Assembly (NCBI GenBank): GCA_030390025.1
Contig: CM059432.1
Span: forward strand, 87,794,001 to 87,858,000
Origin: Squalus acanthias
Lineage: Eukaryota
DNA: 64,000 bases
Direction: 5' to 3'
The notes under the pieces are model-generated. The model was not told where the DNA came from and searched no databases. It saw only the letters and a program-made list of their open reading frames with translations. Shown in pieces: positions 25,319 through 36,086 of this stretch (the first letter of the stretch is position 1; every line of letters starts with the position of its first letter). The position numbers were made by a program, and so were the translations under genes.

Positions 25319-28057
25319 CACATGACACGGAAGACTTGCGGTGAGAACCTCCTGCCACTTGCCAGGTAGAACTCTCTGCACAGCGGACACCAACTCCTCC
25401 AATGCTTGGTCCAAAAATCTGTGGGCTCTCTCCCTGGGGCGTGGATCTGCCATCATGACACTTGCTTGAGTCATCCGGCTCCTTGGGCTTGGCCTGCTCC
25501 TGCTTGCTGACACAGGTTCATAGCCAGCAATGCTGAGAATGAGGTTCTGCAGCATCAATGGACCTCCCCTTTAAGAACTGGAAAGAGCCTGTGGCAATGA
25601 TGACTTGCGATTAAACTGCATCTGATATTAGCGCTTTGAGTATGGCGTCACTGAACAAGGCCATTAACACTTGATTTAGCGCTCCAATCCTTTCTTTGAG
25701 CGATGATACTTAATTTTGCATGCAGCGTAATTCATTAACGCCTGGCACTAAATCTCAAACTTTTCTGAAGTTACTGCCCATTCCTGGGCTATAATGAATT
25801 TCTCCACCTATAAGTTTTAAACTAATTTCCACAGACAGTACACACGTCTAAATGTTCCAAATTAGATGTAGTGTAATTCTGTGTAATTGATACATGAATA
25901 TGCTAAATGTGTATGGAGCTCACATCTCTTTGTAATCATATGTGGCCCGCTCACTGGTTTTGCCAAGTATATCGGCCCCATGCTCCAAAAGGTTGGACAT
26001 CCTTGCTCTAAATAATGAGGTTCTAGCTAAAAGAAATATGAAAAAGAAACAGATGATAGGATACATAATAATGAAGTAAATAGGAGAACAAATGAGACTG
26101 AAGGAAAATAATTAATAGGGGGAAAATATATGTTATGAACTCTGACATATAACAGCCATTTAGTGAGATAACTTGCTGTTCTTTATACTTTATTTATACT
26201 TTTCTTTCCCATTTTTGTACCCAAGATCAAAGCTTGATAAACGCAGACTTCTGATGGGGTGGGAAAGTCTGGTTGTAAACTTCTCTAATGCTGCCATCTA
26301 TGCCACTCGATAATCGGCCAGTATTTGTGTTTGGCCAGCCAGTGTCTCCCATGCACAGAAACCCATCACCATGTTTAAGAGTCTTTGAATCAAACTACTG
26401 AAAATTTTTAAAACTATTTGTGCTTGCCCGAGATGGAGTGCATACTCTCTCGCTACATACCTAAATCCAGAGACTTTTGGCACAAGCTGGCAGCGCTAAG
26501 TCTTACGGGCTCCCAAGTGTGTACACGGGTACTGCTGGAGTTTAACCAACTAAAGTCACACAGCTTTCTAGTACATAACACTAAGCCTCCTGCTGCTTGT
26601 TGAGCTAGGGCACCGTACCATTACAAGGTTATCTGGAGCTGAGTGACTGGTCTATCCCTCCAGCTGCCAATAGTGAGCCAGGCTGCTTAATCACCAACAG
26701 TGCACTGGCGTACTGAGGACTTGCCTGGCTCAGTTATCAGATTACCGAATCTGCCTTAGACGGTTGACTTCCATCAGCAGTCTTGTCAACTCGAAGCTAA
26801 CTTGACCCGAAAGTGATCTACTTACCATTCCCGAGAAGGATAATAACTGGTTGGTCAATAATGATCCACTGTGAGATACAATATAGCACAAGGACTTAGT
26901 CAGTGGAAAGCACCAGCTTTTTCCGAGTGAAATACATTACTTCCATGTGGCGCTCATATAAATTGAAAATTAAGAATATGGGGATGAAAAGATAGATTCT
27001 TGCATTTCACCCTATTGTTTAGGGCTTGATATGAAATGCACCCAAATCTTTTTGAATTTTGTATGTAAGCAGAAAGACACCACTTTTCAACCAACCCTTT
27101 CATACCTCTTCTCCTCTCGTATTTCTTTTTTTTTAACCAATATTCATTCAGCTGGTCAGAGGATTTGTAATTGTAGTTTATGTCGGGGCCAAAAGAATTA
27201 CTGTTGATGATATTAGTGGACAAATGCTTAAAGTAACAGTATGAAATTCCTCTTTCTGCTGTTTTAATAGAAATGTTAAATATCTGCCAATACAACAGAC
27301 AGGAATTTCCAGGCTAAGGGCTGGTTTTATTTGATCTTTTTTGTGCTCCATAGCTTAAGCAACAACAAAAATAAATGAACCTGGTGCTGTCTGTTCAGAA
27401 ACAACTTCACGGGTTATGGCATAGTGAGTAGATTGTGACGTGTTCCAGTAACTCAAGAAAAGATTGATAGAAATATTTTGAATATATTTGTACTTCTGCA
27501 AAGATTGCTTTACACCAAACAGAGAACAAACTCTCCAGCCTTACTTTCAAAACAGAATATGAACAACTCGACTGTACTTTACACCATGTTACAACTTCCT
27601 GCTGTATAAATTGAAGCTCGTTATCTGAGACGATCGATAAGAAACAAACAAGGTTTTAGCACATCCATATTTCTAGTATTGGAAGACAAAGACGTAAAAA
27701 CTTTTTGCTGTTTGAAATAAGCATCAGCACTCATGTAGAACTGTCTTTGCTCAACAACTTTAATGTGAACGCTAAGCCATACTGTATGAAACAACAGCAG
27801 GAGCATTTCTGTTTGACCAACATATTTACAGCCGTTTACACAGTCTTGAATATCCTCACCTAGACTTGGCTATCAAAAGTATTTCCAGCTAATATTTTAA
27901 TCTTTCCAATGTCAGAGTGTTCTCACACAGCTCAGATAACAATCTGAGGAACTATGCTAAGTGCTACACAATCCATTTCAGCAAACAGTTCTAGCTATTT
28001 GTTAAAGCATGGCTTTCAGTCATCGTTATGGATGTTTTTACTTCAGTGAGATATAAT

Positions 28058-28773
28058 GGCCTTGAATTCCCTGAAAACTTGCATTAAAACAACAGTGGAA
28101 GTATGGCGTAATGCTGATTTTCGGTGCAAAACATTGAGGAAATTCAGGTGTATGTGGCTTATGCCTGTTTTAATGCTACGACAGAATTTCCTCAATTTTT
28201 TGCGGCAATTCAGTGAAACCTCTGCCAAAACCCTCCACCAGTCATTAACATAGCCCATGCAAAAGATCAGCGAAGGCAAGTTTCCTACATTTACACCAGT
28301 TCTGAACAGGTGTAAATTTACACCTAAGATTTTAGGCGATGCAGGACCCAAAGTCATATTTCTGTTTTTTATCACAATTTTTAAACAATTTTTAAAATTT
28401 CTCCTCACTGAGACCTACACTGTATTTATTGTATCTTTGAAAGCATTTTTACAGCAACAGAATGAGTTACATTAAAAACTGAAGCACTTCCATGATTGCC
28501 TTTCTTAAAAAATGCTGTGCCTAATGAGCAGAACGGATGGTTTAATGGCTTCATTTTCTTACGTAAAGGAAGACATATGATGCAAGTTTTGCATTTTCCT
28601 CAGGCTCCGATTGTTTATGCTGATTTATGCTTGTTTTACATCAGTCTTTACGTTTCGGTGTATGATTACAAGATTATCAGGAACTTTTGGCATAAATTGG
28701 CAACAACAAGTGTAAATTTCGGTGTAAAATTTAGTGTCATTTGCTAGTTACGTTGTTGAGGAGATTCCGGGCC
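28058..28773. mobile_element. Non-autonomous Harbinger element
   Basis: Imperfect TIRs ggccttgaattccct / aggagattccgggcc; AAT on both flanks; no coding remnant recognised. Confidence 0.75.
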
Positions 28774-30360
28774 AATATTCTGTCACCTTTAACAACACTG
28801 ATTGCAGATCCAGTATCTGGCAGGTTCTGTATAGATAACTCTTAATATGGTGTGTGGGTTCTACCTTCAGATTCTATAGGTATCACTGGAATAATGTTTC
28901 GATGCTTGCATGCTTCACTTTCTGCTTCACATGATGCAGAAACCAGACAGCAACATAAAGTGACTGCATCTTGGCTGCCACAAAGAAGGGATACTCGTTT
29001 CTGGACTCGAAGAGAAAAGTAAGGATTAACTTGCTCTCAGTGGCGAACGAACGGCACTAGCCATTCGTTACACTTACACTTGCGCATAGACTTTTTGTAA
29101 ATTAGAGAGCCAAAAAGTGCAGCACCCGCTACAAAGCAATTAGCAACTGTGTATCTCCTTAACCAATCAGATTGAAGAATCGTTAATGAGCAGCGCAGAG
29201 TCCAAAGGAAGTATAAGTTGGAATATTGGGCCTGAATTTGCGGTCGGAGGCTTCCCATGGGCAAACGCCTCTGACCGCCAAAATAAATCCACGCCTACCT
29301 GAAATCTGTCCTCACACGGAGAGTTGCACTTTCAGTCTGCAGAGTCCTGGGCAGCATATGACGTCACGCTGCCCAGGAGCACAGCATGCGCGGAGCCTAG
29401 GGCTTCATTCGTAAGTGAGACCCGCCCACAAGACCTGTCACAATTTACATTTGCATAGACCACACCCCCATTTTTTTTTAACTGTGCAGAGCCTTCAGCA
29501 TTGAAAGCAGCTGTGCTTCTCAATGGTAAGCTTTTTTTTTATAGTTTTAAAAACCTTTGTAAACTTTTAAAGACTTTCACATGGATTAGAAGAATTTTAA
29601 ATAGTTTTAAAGACTTTTAAAGAGATTTAAAGCATTTTAAAGAGTTTTAAAAACCTTGAAATAATTTTCAATAATTTTAATTAAACAGCAACGTTAAATG
29701 GAAGGAGCAAACAAAGCTGTGATGATGAAGAGAGCTCAGAATTTTAATGATGATGACATCAGCACACTCGTCAATGAGGTTGAGGCGAAGTGCCTGCGGC
29801 TCATTGGGACCGCGAAGTCCAGAGCGCCTGCGCAAAGGACAAATAATAGCTTGGACAAAGGTTGTGCAGGCCGTTAGCGCTAACTCCACCATCCCATGGA
29901 CAGTGGAACAATGCCGTAAAAAATGTAATGACTTAATGCAATTTGCCAACGTTTGTACAGTTATTAGAAATGTCAAATGTAAAATTTTGTGAAATTTAAC
30001 TTTACTATTTTAAAACTTGTTTGGTTGCATAGTTGTTGTAAAGTGCCTTGATTATGCAGGCATCTTTCTGAGCTAGTCATAAAACTCATGGCTTTGGAGC
30101 TGGTCAGGGACACCTATTGTGCTTGTAAACATCTTATCTGTACTCCACAGATTTGAGGTGTGAAATTTCAATTAGTGAACAATACCCTGTCTCCAAAGCA
30201 GGTAGGTGGTCTCTGCAGCAAAAACTGAACTTTAATTTTCAATTCTGTTTTCAATTTAGAGTAAAATGGCACATAACGCCAGGGAGCGTGCCATGACAGG
30301 TGGTGGTGTTGCCACTCTGAGGGAGTTATCGGAGCAAGAGGAAAGGGTCACGCACTCAAT

Positions 30361-30497
30361 ACAATAGCAAATTACTGCGGATGCTGGAAATCTGAAATAA
30401 CAACAGAAAATGCTGGAAACACTCAGCAGATCAGGCAGCATCTGTGGAGAGAGAAACAGAGTTAACGTTTCAGGTCTGTGACTCTTCGTCAGAACTG
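30361..30497 (-). mobile_element. Short Penelope-like terminal-repeat insertion with hammerhead motif (30460-30496)
   Basis: Reverse complement reads agtt-CTGACGA-agagtc-aca-gacct-GAAAC-GTT-aact followed by the same terminal repeat as 5097-5198. Confidence 0.8.
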
Positions 30498-30903
30498 GTA
30501 GTTCAGTGTCTGGTACCCAATCAGACATTGGTGTAAGGAAAGGTGAGTTGCTCTGTCCAGCTGTATGTTTAAAACTGTAAGGTGTGCGCAGAATATCAGC
30601 TTCTGTTATGTGGCAGATCGTGCTTCACCATTGTAAATGTTTACTGTTTCCTTCCCAAAGGTGGACAGCTGTCTGCGCACACATGGGATGAACAGTGCGG
30701 CGACTCTGCGGCTGCAGAGGGCATTGGGGAAGGGGTTACAGATGCAGTGCGAATAGTAAGTGAGGAGGAGGAGGAGGAATTTGTGGAGTGTCAGCTAGTG
30801 GAAGGGGAGGGTATAGACCCTGGGTGGGCGGCTGAGCGAAGTGGAAAAGGTGACCATGATGAAAGGCTGCACACTACCTCTCCATATCCTGGTCCCTCTG
30901 GCT

Positions 30904-32790
30904 CTGTGTGAGGCACTGAAAGAAATTAGTATTAGTAAAAAAGTAGTACTGGAGAAATTAATGGGACTGAAAGCTGAAAAATCCCCTGGACCTGATGGCC
31001 TATATCCTAGGGTTTTGAAAGAGGTGGCTATAGAGATAGTGGATGCATTGGTTGTCATCTTCCAAAATTCCATAGATTCTAGAATGGTTCCCGCGGATTG
31101 GAAGGTAGCAAATGTAACCCCACTATTTAAGAAAGGAGGGAGAGAGAAAATGGGGAACTACAGACTAGTTAGCCTGACATTAGTAGCAGGGAAAATGCTA
31201 GAATCTATTATTAAAGATGTGGTAACAGGGCACTTAGAAAATAATGATAGGATTGGGCAGAGTCAACACGGATTTATGAAAGGGAAATTGTGTTTGACAA
31301 ATCTGTTAGAGTTTTTTGAGGTTGTAACTAGCAGAATAGATAAGGGAGAACCAGTGGATGTGGTGTATTTGGATTTTCAGAAGGCATTCGATAAGGTGCC
31401 ACACAAGAGGTTATGAAACAAAATTAGGGCTCATGGGATTGGGGGTAATATACTAGCATGGATTGAGGATTGGTTAACGGACAGAAAACAGAGAGTGGGA
31501 ATAAACAGGACATTTTCAGGTTGGCAGGTTGTAACTAGTGGGGTACCGCAAGGATCAGTGCTTGGGCCTCAGCTATTCCCAATCTACATCAATGATTTGG
31601 ATGAGGGGACCAAATGTAATATATCCAAGTTTGCTGATGATACAAAGCTGGGTGGGAATGTAATTTGTGAGGAGGATGCAAGGAGGCTTCAAGAGGATAT
31701 AGACAGGCTAAGTGAGTGGGCAAAAACATGGCAAATGGAATATAATGTGGAGAAATGTGAAGTTATCCACCTTGGTAGGAAAAATAGAAAAGCAGAGTAT
31801 TTTTTAAATAGTGAGAGATTGGGAAATGTTGGTGTCCAGAGGGACCTGGGTGTTCTGGTACACAAATCACTGAAAGTTAACATGCAGGTACAGCAAGCAA
31901 TTAGGAAAGCAAATGGTATGTTGGCCTATATTACAAGAGGATTTGTGTATAAGAGTAAAGACATCTTACTTCAATTATATAGGGCCCTGGTGAGACCACA
32001 CCTGGAGTATTGTGTACAGTTTTGGTTTCCTTAGCTATGGAAGGATATACTTGCCATAGAGGGAGTGCAACAAAGGTTCATCAGACTGGTTCCTGGGATG
32101 GGGAGATTGTCCTATGAGGAGAGATGGAGTAGACTAGGCCTATATTCTCTGGAGTTTAGAAGAATGAGAGGTGATCTCATTGAAACATACAAAATTCTTA
32201 CAAGGCTTGACAGGGTATATGCAGGGAGGATGTTTCCCCTGGCTGGGAAGTCTAGAACCAGGGGTCACAGTCTCAAAATAAAGGGTCGGCCATTTAGGAC
32301 TGAGCTGAGGAGAAATTTCTTCACTCAGAGAATGGCAAATCTTTGGAATTCTCTACCCCAGAGGGCTGTGGAGGCTCAGTCGTTGAGTATATTCAAGACA
32401 GAGATCGATAGATTTTTGAATATTAAGGGAATCAAGGGATATAGGGATAGTGCAGGAAAGTGGAGATGAGGTAGAAGATCAGCCATGATCTTATTGAGAA
32501 GTCGCACAACACCAGGTTATAGTCCAACAGTTTTATTTAAAATTACGAGCTTTCGGAGCGCTGCTCCTTCGTCAGGTATGTACCTCTACCTGACGAAGGG
32601 GCAGCAGCTCCGAAAGCTCGTAATTTTAAATAAAACTTGGACTATAACCTGGTGTTGTGCGACTTCTCATTTTTGTCCACCCCAGTCCAACACCGGCATC
32701 TCCGCATCATGATCTTATTGAATGGCGGAGCAGGCTCGAAGGGCCAAACGGCCTACTCCTGCTCCTATTTCTTACGTTCTTATATTCTTA
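30904..32790 (+). mobile_element. 5'-truncated CR1 LINE
   Basis: RT motifs in ORFs 30841-31416, 31495-32034, 32065-32469; ttcttatg-like tail; possible TSD tggct. Confidence 0.95.
32498..32707. mobile_element. Palindromic Penelope-like insertion (second family) with two hammerhead motifs
   Basis: ~80-bp inverted arms (about 32496-32578 and 32587-32668); perfect 14-bp TSD catgatcttattga (32484-32497, 32708-32721). Confidence 0.85.
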
Positions 32791-33949
32791 TGGCTGTTGT
32801 TCCACAGCCAGCCACCAACCTGATACTACAGAGCAGGTGGGAGAAGCTGCAAGACGTTTAGCGTGGTAGAATGACATAGAAACTCAGTTGCAACAGACTG
32901 AAGGGTTGAGCTGAGAAATGCTTACTGTTCATGGGAAGAAACTTGACTCTCCTGCCTCTATCAGGCAGAGGATTGATGTTCTTGGGAGAAATATATACAA
33001 TAAGTTGGACATAGGTCTACAGACCATCAATCAGTTCGGGACAACTGCACAGACAGTTGTTAATGAGCTCGTCATGGCTTCACACAGCTTTTCTGATGTG
33101 ATGGGCCATGTTCATCTGGTGCTTAATCAGGTTCATGAGTCTCTCATTCAGCTATTGCAGTTGAGGACAGCAGGTTCGGCTGCCATTCAATTGACCACCG
33201 CTGAACCTCCCTTGCCTGCTCCCAGTGCAGACACAGTGCAGGCCCATGAGACAGCAGCTCCACCAATTATGTTGGAAGCAAATGTTGCCTTTCAGCAGCA
33301 GCAGCAGCAACCCTGTGGCGAGCCAACTGTTGAAGGGCAAGAGATGGTACACAGGGGCCTTTCACTTGGCATGAGAGAGAACTCCGGTCACGGGGAAGGG
33401 GAAAGTGCAGGAGACAGTAGGGTGCCACCTTTTGCACAATACACCTCCTTCGATCCTCAGGCACAGATGCGAGGGGCCATCTCTGTTATTTCTTTAATGT
33501 TTGCTGTTATGTAAATGTTGGTGTTGTGTTATTTCTTGAAATTTATATTTGTGACTGATAGAGTATTTAACCATTTCGTTTCATATGTATAGCCTGTAGT
33601 CACTTTAAAGTTTTTTCAACTTTTTTATTAACAACCGATTTAACATTACAACTGTTTAAAAAGTAGAAAACAGCTAGTTTACATCCTGAATGTAAAGTCT
33701 TTATTGCACTAAGAAACCCAAAAAGTCACTTTAAACTGTTTGCATTTTTTTATCAACCAATTTATCTTTGCAAATGTTTACAAAGTAGAAAATAGCCAGC
33801 TAACAATTTGTATTTAAAGACTAAGAACATCAAAAAAGTACATCAGAAGTCTTTGATGCTGCAATAATAGTTCACTGTTTCACTTTAAATCGTGTGCGTT
33901 CTTTTCTGTGCCTTGCTGGGGGAGGGGGAGGTAGGAGGCGACACTATCA

Positions 33950-35100
33950 TTACCTCGTAAACGTGTTGGCTACTAGCTGTTCCCTTGCAGCTTTGCTTTC
34001 GGCAGCACTTGGCTCCTCCCCACCAGGCCTGGCCACAGGGACATTGGCATCCTCCATGTCCTCCATTTCAGCAGGGAGCTCCTCTGCAGGGTTAAGGGTC
34101 AGTCCTTCCCGCAGGGCAAAGTTGTGCAAAGCGCAACAGGCCACCACAATCCTTGACACTTTCAGAGGAGAGGACTGCAAGGTCCCCCCTGACCTGTCCA
34201 GGCACCAGAAGCGTGATTTCAGAAGCCCGATTGTCCTCTCCACCACTTGCCGTGTGGACATGTGTGCCCGGTTGTATCTCTCCTGTGCTTCATTATTGGT
34301 CCTGCGGTATGGTGTCATCAGCCACGGTTTTAGCGGGTAGCCCTTGTCGCCCAATATCCATGCGGATCCTGGAGGCAATGTGCTGAGGGTGCCATGTAAG
34401 TCCGAGAGACGGAGGACGAAGGAGTCATGAGCACTTCACCAGTGATCTGCATTCACATTCAGAATCCTCAGTTGCGCATCACAGACGATCATTATATTTA
34501 AGGAATGAAAACCCTTCCTGTTGATGTGTCACAGGTGCATCAGTTGGTGCCTTCAATGCAACATGGGTTCCATCGATCTCACCAATCACTTTGGGGAAGC
34601 CAGCAATCCTGTAAATTGCAAGGGCCCTCTCCTTTTGCTGCCGAGTGAACAAGTCGAAGTCTATGAACTCAGAAGCCCTACGGAATATGGCATCTGTGAC
34701 CTGGTGAATGCAGGCCCTCGCAACACTCTGGGTAATGTTTGAAATGTTACTGGTGCCTGACTGAAATGACCCGCATTCAAAGAAGTTCAGTGTTGTGGTT
34801 ACCTTCATGGACACTAACAAGGCAGTGCGGGTCTTCGAGCGTGTTTGAAGTTCGTCCTTTAACATGTCACATAGTTAATTGGCCGATTGCCTCTTTGATA
34901 AAGTGCAGCCTCCTCACACACAACTCCTCCGACCTCATTTCAAAAGCCAGCCTCTCCCTGTACACGCTCTGGGGTGGGTAGTAGTTCCTCCTGATCAGGC
35001 GACAGTCATGGTTCCTCAGTCTTCTTCGTTGTTCCCTGGCACATTTAATTCTATGTGCCAGAATCACACAAAAGATCAGGGCAAAATCGTCAAGAGGCAT
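33950..35100 (-). pseudogene. H6 Harbinger DDE transposase, disrupted
   Basis: FPKVIGEIDGTHV, WILGDKGYP, RQVVERTIGLLKSRFWCLD, CCALHN across three ORFs. Confidence 0.92.
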
Positions 35101-36086
35101 GTTTCTCCCTCAGAGGCTTCCTCTTTAAATAGATGCAGTACATGTAGGGAAAAAAATGGAAAGAGTTGTAAAAGTCATCTTAATAAAGTGAGTAGGCAGA
35201 AATTCACATTGGGCGGTGGTGCGGAACGGGCGGTATCAGATGAGCCGCCCGCCACACCTGATAAATATCATCGCCAGAGACTAATTTCTGGGACTTTAAA
35301 ATTTTTTACAAATTCATACATAAAAATTTTAAACAGCATAAAAAAAGTTAACATTTAAAACATTCATATATTCTGGCATAATTATTTTAAACATTAACTT
35401 GAAAAAAATCATTTTTAAACAGTCATTTTCAAGTTTAAAAAAATGAAATCTAATTGAATAGAATGCTTACCTTGTCCACAGTAAAAGTTCCTCTTTAAAT
35501 TACCTACACTCCTCAGAACACCACAATTCCTCTCTTTTGAGATCCAAAACCAATAAAATATTTAACAAATTAAAGCTGTTAAAAACTTAAATCAGGCTTT
35601 GTACCAAAAACTTTGTTAAATTACAGAGCTAAAAGAGTCCCGTTTCCCAGCCCCCTGACTTCCACGTCCTCTTCCTGCTGCTTCTTCAGATAGAATGCAG
35701 GCTGTACGCCTGCTTTTATCTACCGCAGCAGTTTCGTGCGTAACTGCTGGCCAGTAGTTGGGCAAATAGCCCAACTATTCACCAGCAGTGTTACTTTTCC
35801 CGGGGATGCGGTAGATCTGTCAAGCCAGATCGCAAGTTCCGGGTTTTAGCGCATGCGCAGCGCATGCCTAAACCAGGAACTTGCGAGGCCCCTACGGCCG
35901 TGTAGGGGCCGCAAAATATGGGCCATTGAATTCAGTGCCAAATCAGGTACATAAAGTGAAGTAAAGAGAGGGAAAGAAAGATTCGATTAAGAAAGAGAGA
36001 TAAAAGAGACAGAAAGAAGAAGTTAACAAATATTAATTAAAAAAAATCTCCAACAATAATTAAAATCTGAAGGAATGAGACTCCAT

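Larger units (their letters stand above)
21275..25453 (-). pseudogene. Harbinger Myb/SANT DNA-binding gene, 3 exons (25453-22902 split by CR1, 22683-22520, 22363-21275)
   Basis: MADPRPRERAHRF..QCRKKFNDLT | AKVAHNRREQEHTG | acidic and coiled-coil exon; GT-AG sites colinear with the + copy at 36452-38355. Confidence 0.88.
19466..25808. mobile_element. Full-length-outline PIF/Harbinger transposon H5 (inactivated, carries a CR1 insertion)
   Basis: TIRs gggggagaaattc (19466-19478) / gaatttctccacc (25796-25808), 12/13 match; TAT on both flanks; convergent transposase and Myb genes inside. Confidence 0.92.
29698..33514 (+). pseudogene. H6 Myb/SANT gene, multi-exon, interrupted
   Basis: KRAQNFNDDDISTLVNEV..WTKVVQAVS..WTVEQCRKKCNDL (29698-29950); SKMAHNARERAMTGGG (~30260); acidic exon from ~30661; tail ORF 32918-33514. 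Confidence 0.75.
29228..35924. mobile_element. Full-length-outline PIF/Harbinger transposon H6 (divergent family; carries CR1 and Penelope insertions)
   Basis: TIRs gggcctgaatttgcgg / ccgcaaaatatgggcc (12/16); ATT on both flanks; Myb gene on +, transposase on -. Confidence 0.88.
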
